A DNA stretch of 63,970 bases, the filler included, from Octopus bimaculoides (lineage: Eukaryota), in assembly GCF_001194135.2 (NCBI RefSeq). It is 6 parts of 5 records of this genome, joined end to end, with 100 filler letters (N's around TTAATTAATTAA, not from the genome) between each part and the next. Parts side by side here need not be neighbours in the genome. Positions count along the whole stretch, not along the records: positions 1 to 23,934 come from NC_068985.1; positions 24,035 to 51,634 come from NC_068987.1; 4 more parts are not named here. One strand, given 5' to 3'. The notes below the pieces were generated by a model. It made no database searches, had not been told where the DNA came from, and was given only the letters and a program-made list of their open reading frames with translations. Both the position numbers and the translations under genes were made by a program. Of the stretch, positions 13,205 to 25,800 are shown one piece after another; within the stretch, counting starts at the first letter, position 1, and each line of letters starts with the position of its first letter.

Positions 13205-13553
13205 TCCGTTCTACTATAGGCACAAAGGCTGAAATTTGGAGGAGGCGGTAGTCGATTTTATTGACCCCAGTACTCAACTGGCACTTAGTTTATCGACTCC
13301 GAAAGGATGAAGAGAAAAGTCAACCTCGGCGGATACTAACGTATGTATAAAAATACATACATTAGCATCAGAACAATTTCTCAAAATGTCTTTACACAAA
13401 ATGTTCAAGTATAACCATATATTTCAAAAGCCATCTTAATGCGAGCAGAATGTATACAGTAGATTGAAATGTTAAATTTTGAAAGAAAAGCGACGGGTGA
13501 AATACGGCTAAGAATTTCGCCCAACGTGCTAACAATTCTGCCAGTTCGCCGCA
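13205..13553 (-). mobile_element. SINE (GGCGGCGAGCTGGC-head family) interrupted by a ~150-bp foreign insert
   Basis: 3' part 13205-13333 ends AAGTCAACCTCGGCGGA; head part 13491-13553 ends TGCCAGTTCGCCGC; insert at 13334-13490. Confidence 0.75.
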
Positions 13554-13584
13554 TTGTCTTAGCGATAATAATAATGATAATATT

Positions 13585-13763
13585 TTCTATTAAGGACACA
13601 AAGGCTGGAATTTTGTGGGGAAGGGACTAGTCGAATATACCGAACCCGGTATTTCACTGATACGTGATTTATCGACCCCTAAACGATGAAAGGCAAAGTC
13701 GACTAGGGTGGAATTTCAGCTCAGAACGTAAAGACGGGCTACGATTCTACCAGCCCGCCGCGT
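13585..13763 (-). mobile_element. SINE (GGCGGCGAGCTGGC-head family), internally deleted
   Basis: ATCGACCCC..GATGAAAGGCAAAGTCGAC..CTCAGAACGTAAAGAC..CCAGCCCGCCGC, followed by (AAT)n. Confidence 0.7.
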
Positions 13764-13764
13764 A

Positions 13765-13824
<60 letters not shown>

Positions 13825-13825
<1 letters not shown>

Positions 13826-15190
13826 GGTATTAACACTTTAGCTGCCCCAGTTATAAGTTACAGCTACACTGTCCTTTACTGGACACTAAATGAACTAAAA
13901 GACAGGAAAACAAGAAAAATAATGACAGGATCTAGGATGCACCACCCAAAATCTGATATAGAATGGTTATATACACAACGTACAGAAGGTGGTAGATGCC
14001 TTATACAACTGGAAAACTATTGTAAAGTAACCACCATAGAACTGCAAAAATAGCTACTTCAGAAGCAAGGAAAACTAATAAAAATAGCCACAAAACACGA
14101 GCAAAACAAAAAAAATGTTCTCAGTATTTAAGGAAGCTGAAAAATAGAAACAAGAAATCACACTACCTAACANNNNNNNNNNNNNNNNNNNNNNNNNNAA
14201 GAAGAAGAAGAAGAAGAAGAAGAAGAAGAAGAAGAAGAAGAAGAAGAAGAAGAAGAAGAAGAAGAAGAAGAAGAAGAAGAAGAAACAACAAAAGATATAA
14301 AACAAATGAAATCCAAACTAAAACTAGAATAGCAACGGACCGTGATAAAACGATGGCAAGAAAAGCCCCTACTTGGTAAATACTGGACTAAACTAAATGC
14401 AAAAGAAATATACAGAGAAAAATCCCAGCAATGGTTGAGAAGCTCAGGACTCAAAGCAGAGACTGAAGGATGTTTAATTGCTGTACAAGACCAAAAGCCT
14501 CCCCACCAGAAATTACCAAAGACCTATAATGAAAATAAACATAACAAGTAACTGTAGAATATGTGGCGATGGACAAGAAACAATAAATCATATTATTTAT
14601 GGCTCCCCAGTCCTGGCTAAGAAGGAATATATTCACAAACACGACAGAGCTGGGATCTACATACCCTGGAAGCAATGCCAACACTATGGAATAATAACAC
14701 AAAAAAGATGGAACAGGCACACGCCAGAAAAGGTCACAGAAAACGACAAAGCAACCATACTCTGAGATATGCCAATACGAACAGATAGAGAAATTAAGGT
14801 CAATAGACCAGATATAGTTGTCAGAGATCATGAAGAAAATTGCTTTCTAATTGATGTATCAGTACCAGCAGATGACAACGTTTCTCTAAAAGAAATGGAG
14901 AAACTTTCAAAATACAAAGACCTGGAAATAGAGGTAACTCGAATGTGGAATCTAAAAACAAACAATTCCTCTCATAGTAGGTGCCTTAGGTATAATAAAA
15001 AAAATATTCAGACAAATACATAACAAAAACATCAGGACTTAGAAATATATATAACATACAGAAAATTGCACTACTGGGTACTGCACACATTCTACGCAAA
15101 ACACTTATAGCAAACCACTGCACCTACCCAAAGCACACAGAGCTGCGCTCGGTAGTAAAGTGAAAGCACGCTATAAAAATAAAACTACTA
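13825..15190 (+). mobile_element. R4/Dong-like LINE 3' portion (second family), 5'-truncated
   Basis: INTLAAPVISYS, RMHHPKSDIEWLYTQRTEGGR, WLRSSGLKAETEGCLIAVQDQ, CRICGDGQETINHII, VNRPDIVVRD..LIDVSVPADDNV..KEMEKLSKYKDLEIE, IQKIALLGTAHILRKTL. (AAT)n on both sides. Confidence 0.9.
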
Positions 15191-15191
15191 A

Positions 15192-15262
<71 letters not shown>

Positions 15263-16884
15263 AAGAAGAAGAAGAAGAAGAAGAAGAAGAAGAAGAATGA
15301 TAATAATATAAATAATAATAACGGTGATGCAGAATGATAATTCGTTCATATATTAGTCACAATGTCTCAAAACTTTACACGCAATAATAATAATCAGATG
15401 AAATATATGGGCTTGTGCATTGCAAAACCTCTCCTTGATGCAGATGACATTTGTGGGGATGTCGAAAAAGGGTATGCATTTACACAATGTGGTCACTAAC
15501 AAATAGTCAGCCAGAGATGTTCACATTATTCCAGTAAGTAAAATTTGTATAAATTAGATTAAACCAACCATGTGTCTTCAAATAGTTATCAGCGTGTAAA
15601 TAGTGAAGTGGCTAGCAGGTACTCAACACCTATTCATATATTCCACTTATCTCTTTATTCTCATTTTTCATGTATATATATATACGCTTGCACGCACTCA
15701 CGCACATACACACACACATATTATGTGCTTTGTCCTGTTTTATGGTAAGCTAGGAAATGTATCATTTATTTATGAAGGAACGAATTGTTATGTCCCTAGA
15801 TAATATACGATTAACAACAGTCGCGAGATCTCTCTCTTGACTCACATTATACTGAAATGAAGGACACAAGAGGTAATTCAATCTAAGATAATCAGTACGG
15901 AAAAAAATTAGTATGGAGACGGCTAGGGTATCACCAGCAGAAGGTTGGACTCTAGTTCAACATCAATAACAACATCATTAATTCAAATGAGTATGGGAAA
16001 CAGCTAGAGGAGTCAAAAAGCATTACATTTTTTGTTTGCATACTTGCACATTTCCTTCTCTACCTTGTTTTGCATTTTGTATATGTCTTCTCTAAAACCA
16101 TGTTATATACATTTGCTTAATTCATCGTTGTTGGTGTATGGTTTACTTGTTTTGTGAGGTGGTGTTGGGAGATCTTCAAATGTGAATATCAAAGATCAAT
16201 CTAAACCAACCTGCGTTGTCATCACCACTACCGCCACAATGTCCTGGAATGAATATATACAATCGAATATCAGCCAAGTGTGACTTTACTTTTTTTACTT
16301 CTTTTTAATTCTGTTTGATTGTGCTATCACTTTCTTTACCGTAGCGCTGAAAGGGCACAAGGGAATATACAAAACCTCACATACAAGCCAAAGTCATGTT
16401 TCTTAATTGAAGGGCAGCAAGCTTGATAGTGATCCAGTCAGACAATTAGAGGTTTTAATTTTTTTCGTGCACTCCAGTTTTTGAATGAAAAAAAAAAAAA
16501 AACATTGTGACATGTCATTCTCCACAGCTTATGTGCTGGCGAAAACGCAGATGTTATTTTTTTTTTGTTTTTGTTTTTGAGTTTTTCTTCTCTGTTTGNN
16601 NNNNNNNNNNNNNNNNNNNNNNNNNNNNNNNNNNNNNNNNNNNNNNNNNNNNNNNNNNNNNNNNNNNNNNNNNNNNNNNNNNNNNNNNNNNNNNNNNNNN
16701 NNNNNNNNNNNNNNNNNNNNNNNNNNNNNNNNNNNNNNNNNNNNNNNNNNNNNNNNNNNNNNNNNNNNNNNNNNNNNNNNNNNNNNNNNNNNNNNNNNNN
16801 AATAAGTTGAGTCAATAAATTGAAGTGTCCTGAGACGAGAAACATGAAAAGCACGTGACAGATTGACTGGGGCGGAAGGAAAGA

Positions 16885-16927
<43 letters not shown>

Positions 16928-18671
16928 GTAAACAGAGAGGAAGAGAGGTCTTTTCTAAATGAGAATCAGAGTGAACAAGTAAGCGAAAGTATCAGTATGA
17001 AAGATTAAAAAAAAATGTTTTTGAAACAACCGTTTGAAAAGAAAGAAATAAGAAGAACGTTGGAGGAAAGAGAATCAGCGGATTGACAGACTGGTATGAT
17101 AAATAAAACGAAAGAAAAATACACTATCTAGGGAAATAGGATACCTCGCTATCTCTCTGCTCGTACAGATAAGATTTTTTTCTTTTAATTTTAGAAAAAG
17201 AGTTTGTCATTCCAGATTGTCATTTGAGATTTAATAGTGCTTATCTGAAAGATTTTGTTCGTTACATGGTCTAAAAATTATCCCACGGAGGAAAGGGTGG
17301 AAGCATTTATTGTTTGGTTTACATTTTTGCTTGGCTGTCACATGCGTAAAGGTAGCAAGGGTTTAATAAATTGCTATCGCGTTAGGTTTGAAGCTAAAAC
17401 AGACATAAAAATAGACCGCTAAATAATTTCTTACTTGGCATTGGCGATAACAATTCATCTGCAAAAGTGAACGGCCGAAAAAGATAATACACAGAATTAA
17501 CAATATCAATAAATATTCTGGATTTAGGCAGATTTCTTAATTCTGCTTATCTCAATCTCATTTGTTGTTCCGTATACTGTTTATCGGATCCTTGCTCATA
17601 GTTTCCGATAAAATGTTGTATTATCCATGATGGGATTTATTTCATCTAACTTAGCTCTGTAGAATGATGCGGCCTTGTAAGAGACTTTATGAGACATGCA
17701 TAGTTTTTTATAGCATATTTCATATAAGACATAATTCTGTGATAGAAAATGGATAAGTCCCAAGTTGCTGTTTAAATGTAATTTGTTGTGGAAATGCTCA
17801 TGACAAGACAAACCAAGCATAATGCTGCTGTGAAATAGTTTCACTAGAAATTAATCACATGCAGACGGTTAAAGGTTAACATGCACTGATGCTTTCAATC
17901 AGTCTCCAGATAATACATGAAAGGGATACTGAAATTTGTGGGTTCCGTTTCAGTAAGTTACCAAAAAACACACACATCTTAATTCCTCTATCTCTGAAAT
18001 TGCAAGATAGAAACGAAGAATATGAAAATATATCAAGTGAATTTTGAGATAAAAAGTTAATTGGATTAAAGCTTTAATGTGCTAAAAGTTGCAGTGACAT
18101 CTCCTGGCAGGTTTTAAGTCAGTAGTTTGCAAGTGTATATATGGCAAATGCAGCAGGTTAGGATCACAGAATCTTTTGGAAATTGGCCAGTTGTTTCGTA
18201 AGTATAATACATTATTTGCGTAAGAATATACAAATCTCACTGCTCTTCATTTTCAAAAGTATAAAAAATACATACGTTTGTATCAGAGCAATTTCTCATA
18301 ATGTCTTTACACAAAATGTTCAAGTTTAACCATATATTTCAAAAGCATATTAATGCGAGCAGAATAAGGAAGATTGAAATGTTAAATTTTGAAAGAAGTC
18401 TTGGAGTGGGGAAGAAGTAAGCTCTTCCATTACATTTGCTTTTCATATAGAAATTAAAATTTTTGGATTACGATTCTGTAAAAGCAGAAAATCAAGTAGC
18501 AAACTTAGTAATTCATCACTTAATCATACCTTTAAGCATATACTCTCATCCCAGTCTCAAGCCTTTGTTTTAAAATCTAGTATTGTTTCACAGATTCGTA
18601 TATTCCAGTATTCAGAATATGCAATTTGTCTGATGGGAGAGCCATTAGTGAATATCTCTGATGATGATGAC

Positions 18672-18731
<60 letters not shown>

Positions 18732-18743
18732 AATAATAATATA

Positions 18744-18802
<59 letters not shown>

Positions 18803-18807
18803 CAATA

Positions 18808-19360
18808 AATGCCCAGATACAGTACTAGGCAGTGGCTCTCATGGCTTCCGATCTTAATTCATTGGAAGTGTTATCATGTAGTTTGTTTTGTCTTGGTATA
18901 AAAGATGGGTTACAGCAAATATTCTGCTTAATACCACAGATTTCCTTGTCAGTTGTTTGACCTTAATCAGTTGAGCATGTCCCTTGATGGCTGACGATAT
19001 GTGCATCTCTGATCATAAGAAGTAGTAGGGGAGCCTCATAGCCATTTGTTGAGAGGAATTCTTTGGGATTTGGATAATTCACCTTTGGAAACATGGGTGT
19101 CTTGCTCAACATCCTTAAACAACGCTTATTCAGGGACCTTTTGAGCGGGATGGGCTGCTCGACATGAAGAAAATTCTAACTGAGCCCCACCTGCGAGGTC
19201 ATGCACTGTTTATCTTGATATGAGATCACCATGTCGCGCACATATAGTTGTGATGCATGTGCCTGGAGTACCCTTATGAGACGGGTAGTCACGATGGGCA
19301 TAATGGGCTTCGTATATTTTACCCTAGTGTCATTTGATGGCATGCACTCCTCTCTCACTC
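18808..19360. mobile_element. ~540-bp non-coding interspersed repeat flanked by (AAT)n (copy 1)
   Basis: Co-linear with 37687-38225 (AGGCAGTGGCTCTC..CTCTCACTC) with scattered substitutions; no convincing ORF. Confidence 0.85.
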
Positions 19361-19377
19361 AATAATAATAATAGTAT

Positions 19378-19588
19378 TTTCTCCTATAGGTACAAGGTAT
19401 AGATTCTGTGGGTAAAAGGGACAGTCGAACACATCAATCCTAATACTCTGCTGGTATTCAACTTATCGATCCCAAAAGGAGCAATGCAAATTCAACCTCG
19501 TCGGAATTTGAACTCAGAACTTAACAGCAGACGAAAAACCGCCAAGAATTTTCGCCCGGTGTGCTAACGGTTCTGCTAGCTCGCCGTC

Positions 19589-19590
<2 letters not shown>
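19378..19590 (-). mobile_element. SINE (GGCGGCGAGCTGGC-head family)
   Basis: CAACCTCGTCGGAATTTGAACTCAGAAC..TTTCGCCCGGTGTGCTAACGGTTCTGCTAGCTCGCCGTC; B-box GAGTTCAAATTCC on the minus strand. Confidence 0.85.
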
Positions 19591-19664
<74 letters not shown>

Positions 19665-19748
19665 CAACAACAACAACAGTAAACAAATAGATGAAGAGAA
19701 CTGATAAGTGTGGAAGACAGTAACAACAACAACAACAACAACAATAAC

Positions 19749-19799
<51 letters not shown>

Positions 19800-19800
<1 letters not shown>

Positions 19801-20795
19801 TTTGTAAATATTGATTTATTTATAAACCACAAGTGTTTATATTAAGAAAAATATTATGGACAGCACAGGGCAAAACAAATAGCATGTCTGTTTATGTGTG
19901 TGAGTGTGTGTTGTTGCCAGGGTTTTGCGCGTAAGCAAGAGTAGCAATATTTAAAAAAAACAAAGCAGAAAGAAACGAGATCAACAATGTGTTATCCTCA
20001 ATAGGGAGGTGCCGTTCGACGGTTGTTCATGGAAAATCCCATAAAAAAAAACATGGGTACCCTAACTTTTAGAACAGGTGCCTTTTTTCGTTTCCTTTTT
20101 CCCAACTACATGTGTATGCCCAGGGCAAGCCCATTCACTCGCACCATTCTCGGCACTTTACTCCATCTTTCAGCAAACTGGTTAGAAGACAACACTCCCA
20201 TCTCTACCCTTATTCTCTCTTTCAAGTGAATTTTGAATAAGTTCATTAGGGATTGGCCAATGAGAAATGTGTCTTCAGCCCTCCAATCTTGTCCACGATA
20301 AAATCTCCTTCTCGCATGGCCACCAAACATATAAAAAACTGCCTTTCCTTCTCGGTTAAAGGAAGGCAGCGGGTTGATCTTCACGATGGATTCAGTTGAC
20401 ATCCGAATCCGTCCCACATGCGTTAGCCGGTGTTCGACATAAACCCACAGGTCAGCAATGTTCGGGTACAGGACGGGTGTATACATGACACTAGTGTCAT
20501 CCTGCCCGAATCTCGGACATGCTCAATCGACGGCACTTCAGTGCTTTTAAAGTTTATCTCGATCAAGCAAAGTTCTTCGGTAACACTGCCAGGCCAGAGA
20601 TTTTTGGAAATTATGAATCAGTCCCGGCTCGAAAGTTCTCCGGAAAAGAGCGACTAGTTGATCTTCGATGACCAAGGTCTCCTGAAGATCGCCGTCGCAC
20701 TTTTCCTCCAATAAACCTCTATAAAATCTAGAGCAGACGTTCCACCTATTGAACTGTCCTATTGATTGAGAGCTGTGAGCGCTTGAAGACATTCT
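19800..20795 (-). mobile_element. Tx1/L1-clade LINE 3' end (copy 1)
   Basis: RFYRGLLEEK..LFRRTFEPGLIHNFQKSLAWQCYRRTLLDRDKL, degenerate zinc-knuckle region ACPRFGQDDTSV, IADLWVYVEHRL..RIRVE..FAERW. 3' UTR ends in (ATT)n at about 19800. Confidence 0.8.
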
Positions 20796-22138
20796 GACGT
20801 AAAAATATTTGTTACTCTCACTTGTAACTTTACATCTATATATTACATTTGTAGTCTTATAGCTATTTGTTTTACGTAGCAGGATACCCGTTTAGAACAA
20901 CTGCAGGGATTTTTGTATATTTCTCTCAGATTTAATTTTAATTTGATCATTCATGGTAAACTCAAGTACTTAATTTACTCCTTTAGCTCATGTTATCATT
21001 GTTCTATTTCAAGCTGAATTTTTTTTGGATTCTACGTTATTAACTATGTTAAATTGGGTTGGTGCCTTTCAGCGACTTTNNNNNNNNNNNNNNNNNNNNN
21101 NNNNNNNNNNNNNNNNNNNNNNNNNNNNNNNNNNNNNNNNNNNNNNNNNNNNNNNNNNNNNNNNNNNNNNNNNNNNNNNNNNNNNNNNNNNNNNNNNNNN
21201 NNNNNNNNNNNNNNNNNNNNNNNNNNNNNNNNNNNNNNNNNNNNNNNNNNNNNNNNNNNNNNNNNNNNNNNNNNNNNNNNNNNNNNNNNNNNNNNNNNNN
21301 NNNNNNNNNNNNNNNNNNNNNNNNNNNNNNNNNNNNNNNNNNNNNNNNNNNNNNNNNNNNNNNNNNNNNNNNNNNNNNNNNNNNNNNNNNNNNNNNNNNN
21401 NNNNNNNNNNNNNNNNNNNNNNNNNNNNNNNNNNNNNNNNNNNNNNNNNNNNNNNNNNNNNNNNNNNNNNNNNNNNNNNNNNNNNNNNNNNNNNNNNNNN
21501 NNNNNNNNNNNNNNNNNNNNNNNNNNNNNNNNNNNNNNNNNNNNNNNNNNNNNNNNNNNNNNNNNNNNNNNNNNNNNNNNNNNNNNNNNNNNNNNNNNNN
21601 NNNNNNNNNNNNNNNNNNNNNNNNNNNNNNNNNNNNNNNNNNNNNNNNNNNNNNNNNNNNNNNNNNNNNNNNNNNNNNNNNNNNNNNNNNNNNNNNNNNN
21701 NNNNNNNNNNNNNNNNNNNNNNNNNNNNNNNNNNNNNNNNNNNNNNNNNNNNNNNNNNNNNNNNNNNNNNNNNNNNNNNNNNNNNNNNNNNNNNNNNNNN
21801 NNNNNNNNNNNNNNNNNNNNNNNNNNNNNNNNNNNNNNNNNNNNNNNNNNNNNNNNNNNNNNNNNNNNNNNNNNNNNNNNNNNNNNNNNNNNNNNNNNNN
21901 NNNNNNNNNNNNNNNNNNNNNNNNNNNNNTTACTCCTTTAGCTCATGTTATCATTGTTCTATTTCAAGCTGAATTTTTTTTCGATTCTACGTTATTAACT
22001 ATGTTAAATTGGGTTGGTGCCTTTCAGCGACTTTTAAATGCTTAGCATTCTCTTCTATTCGAGCTTTTTGAATTCCGTTTGACGTTCCTATTCTTAATAT
22101 TTGCTTTGCTACTCTGATTATATACATACATACATACA

Positions 22139-22215
<77 letters not shown>

Positions 22216-22324
22216 NNNNNNNNNNNNNNNNNNNNNNNNNNNNNNNATGCCCAGTAGCCCAGAAGAAAAGGCAACAACAACGGTAACAATACAAAGAAAA
22301 ACAACAGAAATATTTATCAATTTT

Positions 22325-22625
22325 AAAGGTCACTTTGGGGGTCAGGGTAAGGGGGATTGAACCAGATAATTTTCCTATGTCTATGTTTTCTTTTCTTTAT
22401 TTCTGGTCGAATAGTAGGTGAGGAAGCTACTTCCACTTTAAATCCACTTGCTTTAAGGGCATTGTCATATTGTAGGGCAGCATTGTTAAATGTTTTTTAT
22501 ATTGGATGAGAGGCTAGAAATTCTCCTACTAATGTTCTTAACTAAATTCTTAAACACTATGAGGACTAGATCGAAAGTAATGCTAAAGTGTACAAATATT
22601 TTTTATTGACTCTCACATTCCATTT
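22325..22625 (-). mobile_element. Penelope-like RT C-terminal remnant
   Basis: Minus translation gives VNKKIFVHFSITFDL, NISRRISSLSS, FNNAALQYDNALKASGF and RKIIWFNPPY (PLE hallmark). Confidence 0.75.
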
Positions 22626-22649
22626 TGATTGCACATGGTGATAGGGTAC

Positions 22650-22890
22650 CACACCTCTATCCGAAGATACTACTTAGAAACTGATGCATGTGTACCATCA
22701 CTGAATCCAACTCACGAAGCTTCCTTGACAACATTCAGACGTTCACTGTTGTACCACCTTTATGCGCTCCTTCTCACTTCGTCTATATCGTCAAATACTT
22801 CTCCCTAAAGTCTGTCCTTCATGGAAACGAACATGGAAAAGTCCGATGTTACAAGATCTGTGCTGTACCGAGGATCGGAGAAAAAATTTA
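22650..22890 (-). mobile_element. Mariner-type transposase C-terminal remnant
   Basis: DPRYSTDLVTSDFSMFVSMKDRL*GEVFDDIDEVRRSA*RWY resembles the mariner HPPYSPDLAPSDFHLF..K..L.G..F motif. Confidence 0.7.
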
Positions 22891-25800
22891 TTAATATCCA
22901 AAACAATGTGAGAAGACACTTTGTTAAAGGATTAACTATGAAACGGGGAAAATTAAAACAGAAGGAATGAATTTATTGAGATAGTTCATGTCATAAGAGA
23001 AGGGAAAACAAAGAGATGGAAAACAAGTCCAAAGTCTGGCAGTTCGAGGAAAAAGTATTGGCTGGAGAACTATCACCTTATTCGTTGAAGCACAAGAACA
23101 TTTGACTGAAGATGCTGAGTTTCGAGTAAGGCGTGATAGCACAAAGTGACCTGTAACAGCATGTTGTTTCTGATTACATCCCATCATCTGATTGTGGCGA
23201 ATTACCATGTTAATCTTACTCCTCCAATAATCTATGCCAGAATGGTAGTTAATCGAAATGATGTACCTATTTTTGCATCATTCTCTATACAACGAACGCA
23301 AACACATGCGTGCATGTATGTCTGCATGAATGTATGTTTTTGTGTGTGCATGTGTATACGTCCGTGTGCGCATGTATGTGTGTGCGTGCTTTTGTAAACT
23401 GAACCAGAACTTGAAAATCGAAACTTTGGTCTACTTTCTTTAGGCAGCTCATCTCATATCACTGCACGCGCGCGCGCAAACACAGACAGAAACAGACACA
23501 CGCACACGCACATGCACGTACACACACACACACACAGATTCACAGACTTATTCATATGTGGGTGATTGTGTATGTACGAATCTACGTATATGCCTCTGTA
23601 CATCAGTATATCTATCTATCTATCTATCTATCTATATGTCTATCTGTCTATCTATCTATCTATCTCTCTATCTATCTATCTATCTATCGCTATGGACGGA
23701 CGGTAAACGTGTCGGCTCCGTAAGTTTTGCCTTTTTCATGTTTTAAAAAGTTTGTTTGTAAAGTTTATTTTATATACAAAGTTGTATAACAACTTGTAGA
23801 CTCTCTGGTGCAAGTTTTTTGCGACGGAAATCTGCCCTGTGTGGCACATTTCCAGGATATAAAAGCCAATTTCGGCTTTCTAGCCATTTTTTTTTTTTGA
23901 GACGATGGCGTCTTGTAGCCATGAACATTTTTGTNNNNNNNNNNNNNNNNNNNNNNNNNNNNNNNNNNNNNNNNNNNNTTAATTAATTAANNNNNNNNNN
24001 NNNNNNNNNNNNNNNNNNNNNNNNNNNNNNNNNNATACAGAGAGGAGACAGAGAGCGATAGTACGTACATTTCATATCTCAGATAGCCCGCAGATAAACG
24101 CGCGCACACAAAACACACACACGTACACGCACATACGCACACGCACACACACAAGCACGACAGCTCGTCTTTGCACATACATCTTTAATTGTGGCTGTAA
24201 ATTGCCGCCCATCAGCCGACATATTACTAACTACCTAAAGCACACATATACGTAAATGAATATACGCATGACATTATCTTATACTTATATATTGGCAATT
24301 ATGCGTGCATCTACGCTTATGACGGCAGACAAATATATAGGCATAGATTTATATTGCTTACTCTAAAAAAAGTATGAGTTTTCTAAGTAGTAAGACCAGA
24401 GCTGCTCGCGGAGGTATCAGAAATTTTCTATTGGAACACATTTGAATGATTTCCGTTTGAATCAATTCACACGACTATTGTTTTTAAATTTTCGTTACAA
24501 ATACTGTAGTGTCAAAAGTCGTGTTCGTTTTTTGAGAAATTTATACTTAAAATGAATACGAACATTTAATTCTCGAAATTATTGCCACACTATCTCCACC
24601 CTACCATCGTATACACCTTTATCAATACCATCATTACTGCCACCATCAGTTCCATGAATACTATCAAGATCACTGAGGATATACTTGGTTCTGTTATTGG
24701 CTCAAAGTGATTTCCTGATTACGAGACGGAACATCTCCAAGATCTCAAAAATTACCAGAAAAACATCAAGTGGCCCGCGAATTACATTTTAATATTTTAG
24801 GAAAAGAAAGGAGGAATTTATAAATTTCCACATATGTGTTAAGAGGTAGATAACCATAGCTAGATGAAATTTGTTTGTGTGTTTGTTCAATCTAGGCGGA
24901 CTGGAACTAAACAGGAAGAATATATCAACAACACAAAACCAGAAGGACATTACCTTGGCTCAGTTCTTTAAAAATGTTTTAAGTATTTCTGTTTCAATTA
25001 TTTGCTACTATAATTTTGTCCCGTTTACGAATTTGTTATAACAACACATCCAGAGATGGACTAGATGAATTACAGTAAGAATTCTCCCTCTTCATTTCAA
25101 ATTACTGGGAATTCTACATTAACATTGATTCCCTTGGCATCAATAAACGATGTACTAACAATGTACTGGAGCTTAATTGAATCAAACGTCCCTGGCTTAC
25201 GCTAATATATTTTGTGTCCTTGTGTCTGTGCCAGACATTACTATTTCACTAGTTTTCTTTGCTGTATTTATATCCAGCCAATGGGACCCTGCAGAGAAGA
25301 CAAGACTTATTGACTGTTGATGCCAGCGGAGAAGACAAGAGTGATTGAAAGAGTAGACTGAAAGAAGAAAATAGAAACAATTGCTGAGTGTAGCTTTATT
25401 GAATCAAACAATAGAGAAGTAAAATGAAAGGTCGATAATGTTATTCTTCCTATTATATGAACGTAAATCATGAGAAATAGATACAGCCTAAAATGAAAAC
25501 CTGGTTGAATGCACAATTCGTCGGAGAGCAGTAACTCGCCTTATCTGTATTTTACAATTGCTATGATCGGGATTATTTCAACAATAAGAGAAAGATGACC
25601 GAATACTACGCGTACGCAAGATTGGAAAGAACAAATTGAGAAGCACAAAACAAAAGCAACCGAAGCAACATTTAAAAAATGAAAAGAAAACGAAAAATGA
25701 TCTACTAACTATCATCAAATAGATGATGATAACAATGATATGAACGAGAACTCCGAACCTGTTGTATATCTATCAAATGTTTCGAATAATATCACGGACA

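Noticed and set aside
20975-22034. ~105-bp direct repeat either side of the 21080-21930 gap
   Set aside because: Near-identical sequence ending one contig and starting the next; most likely an unmerged overlap or allelic haplotypes.
23935-24034. TTAATTAATTAA embedded in N runs (also 51679, 56277, 59854, 62810)
   Set aside because: Where counted, 44 N + 12 bp + 44 N = 100 bp: an artificial scaffold spacer with stops in all frames, not biology.
24896-24982. Plus-strand candidate exon GLELNRKNISTTQNQKDITLAQFFKNVL
   Set aside because: Acceptor plausible but donor weak (AA|GTATTT) and no recognisable homology.
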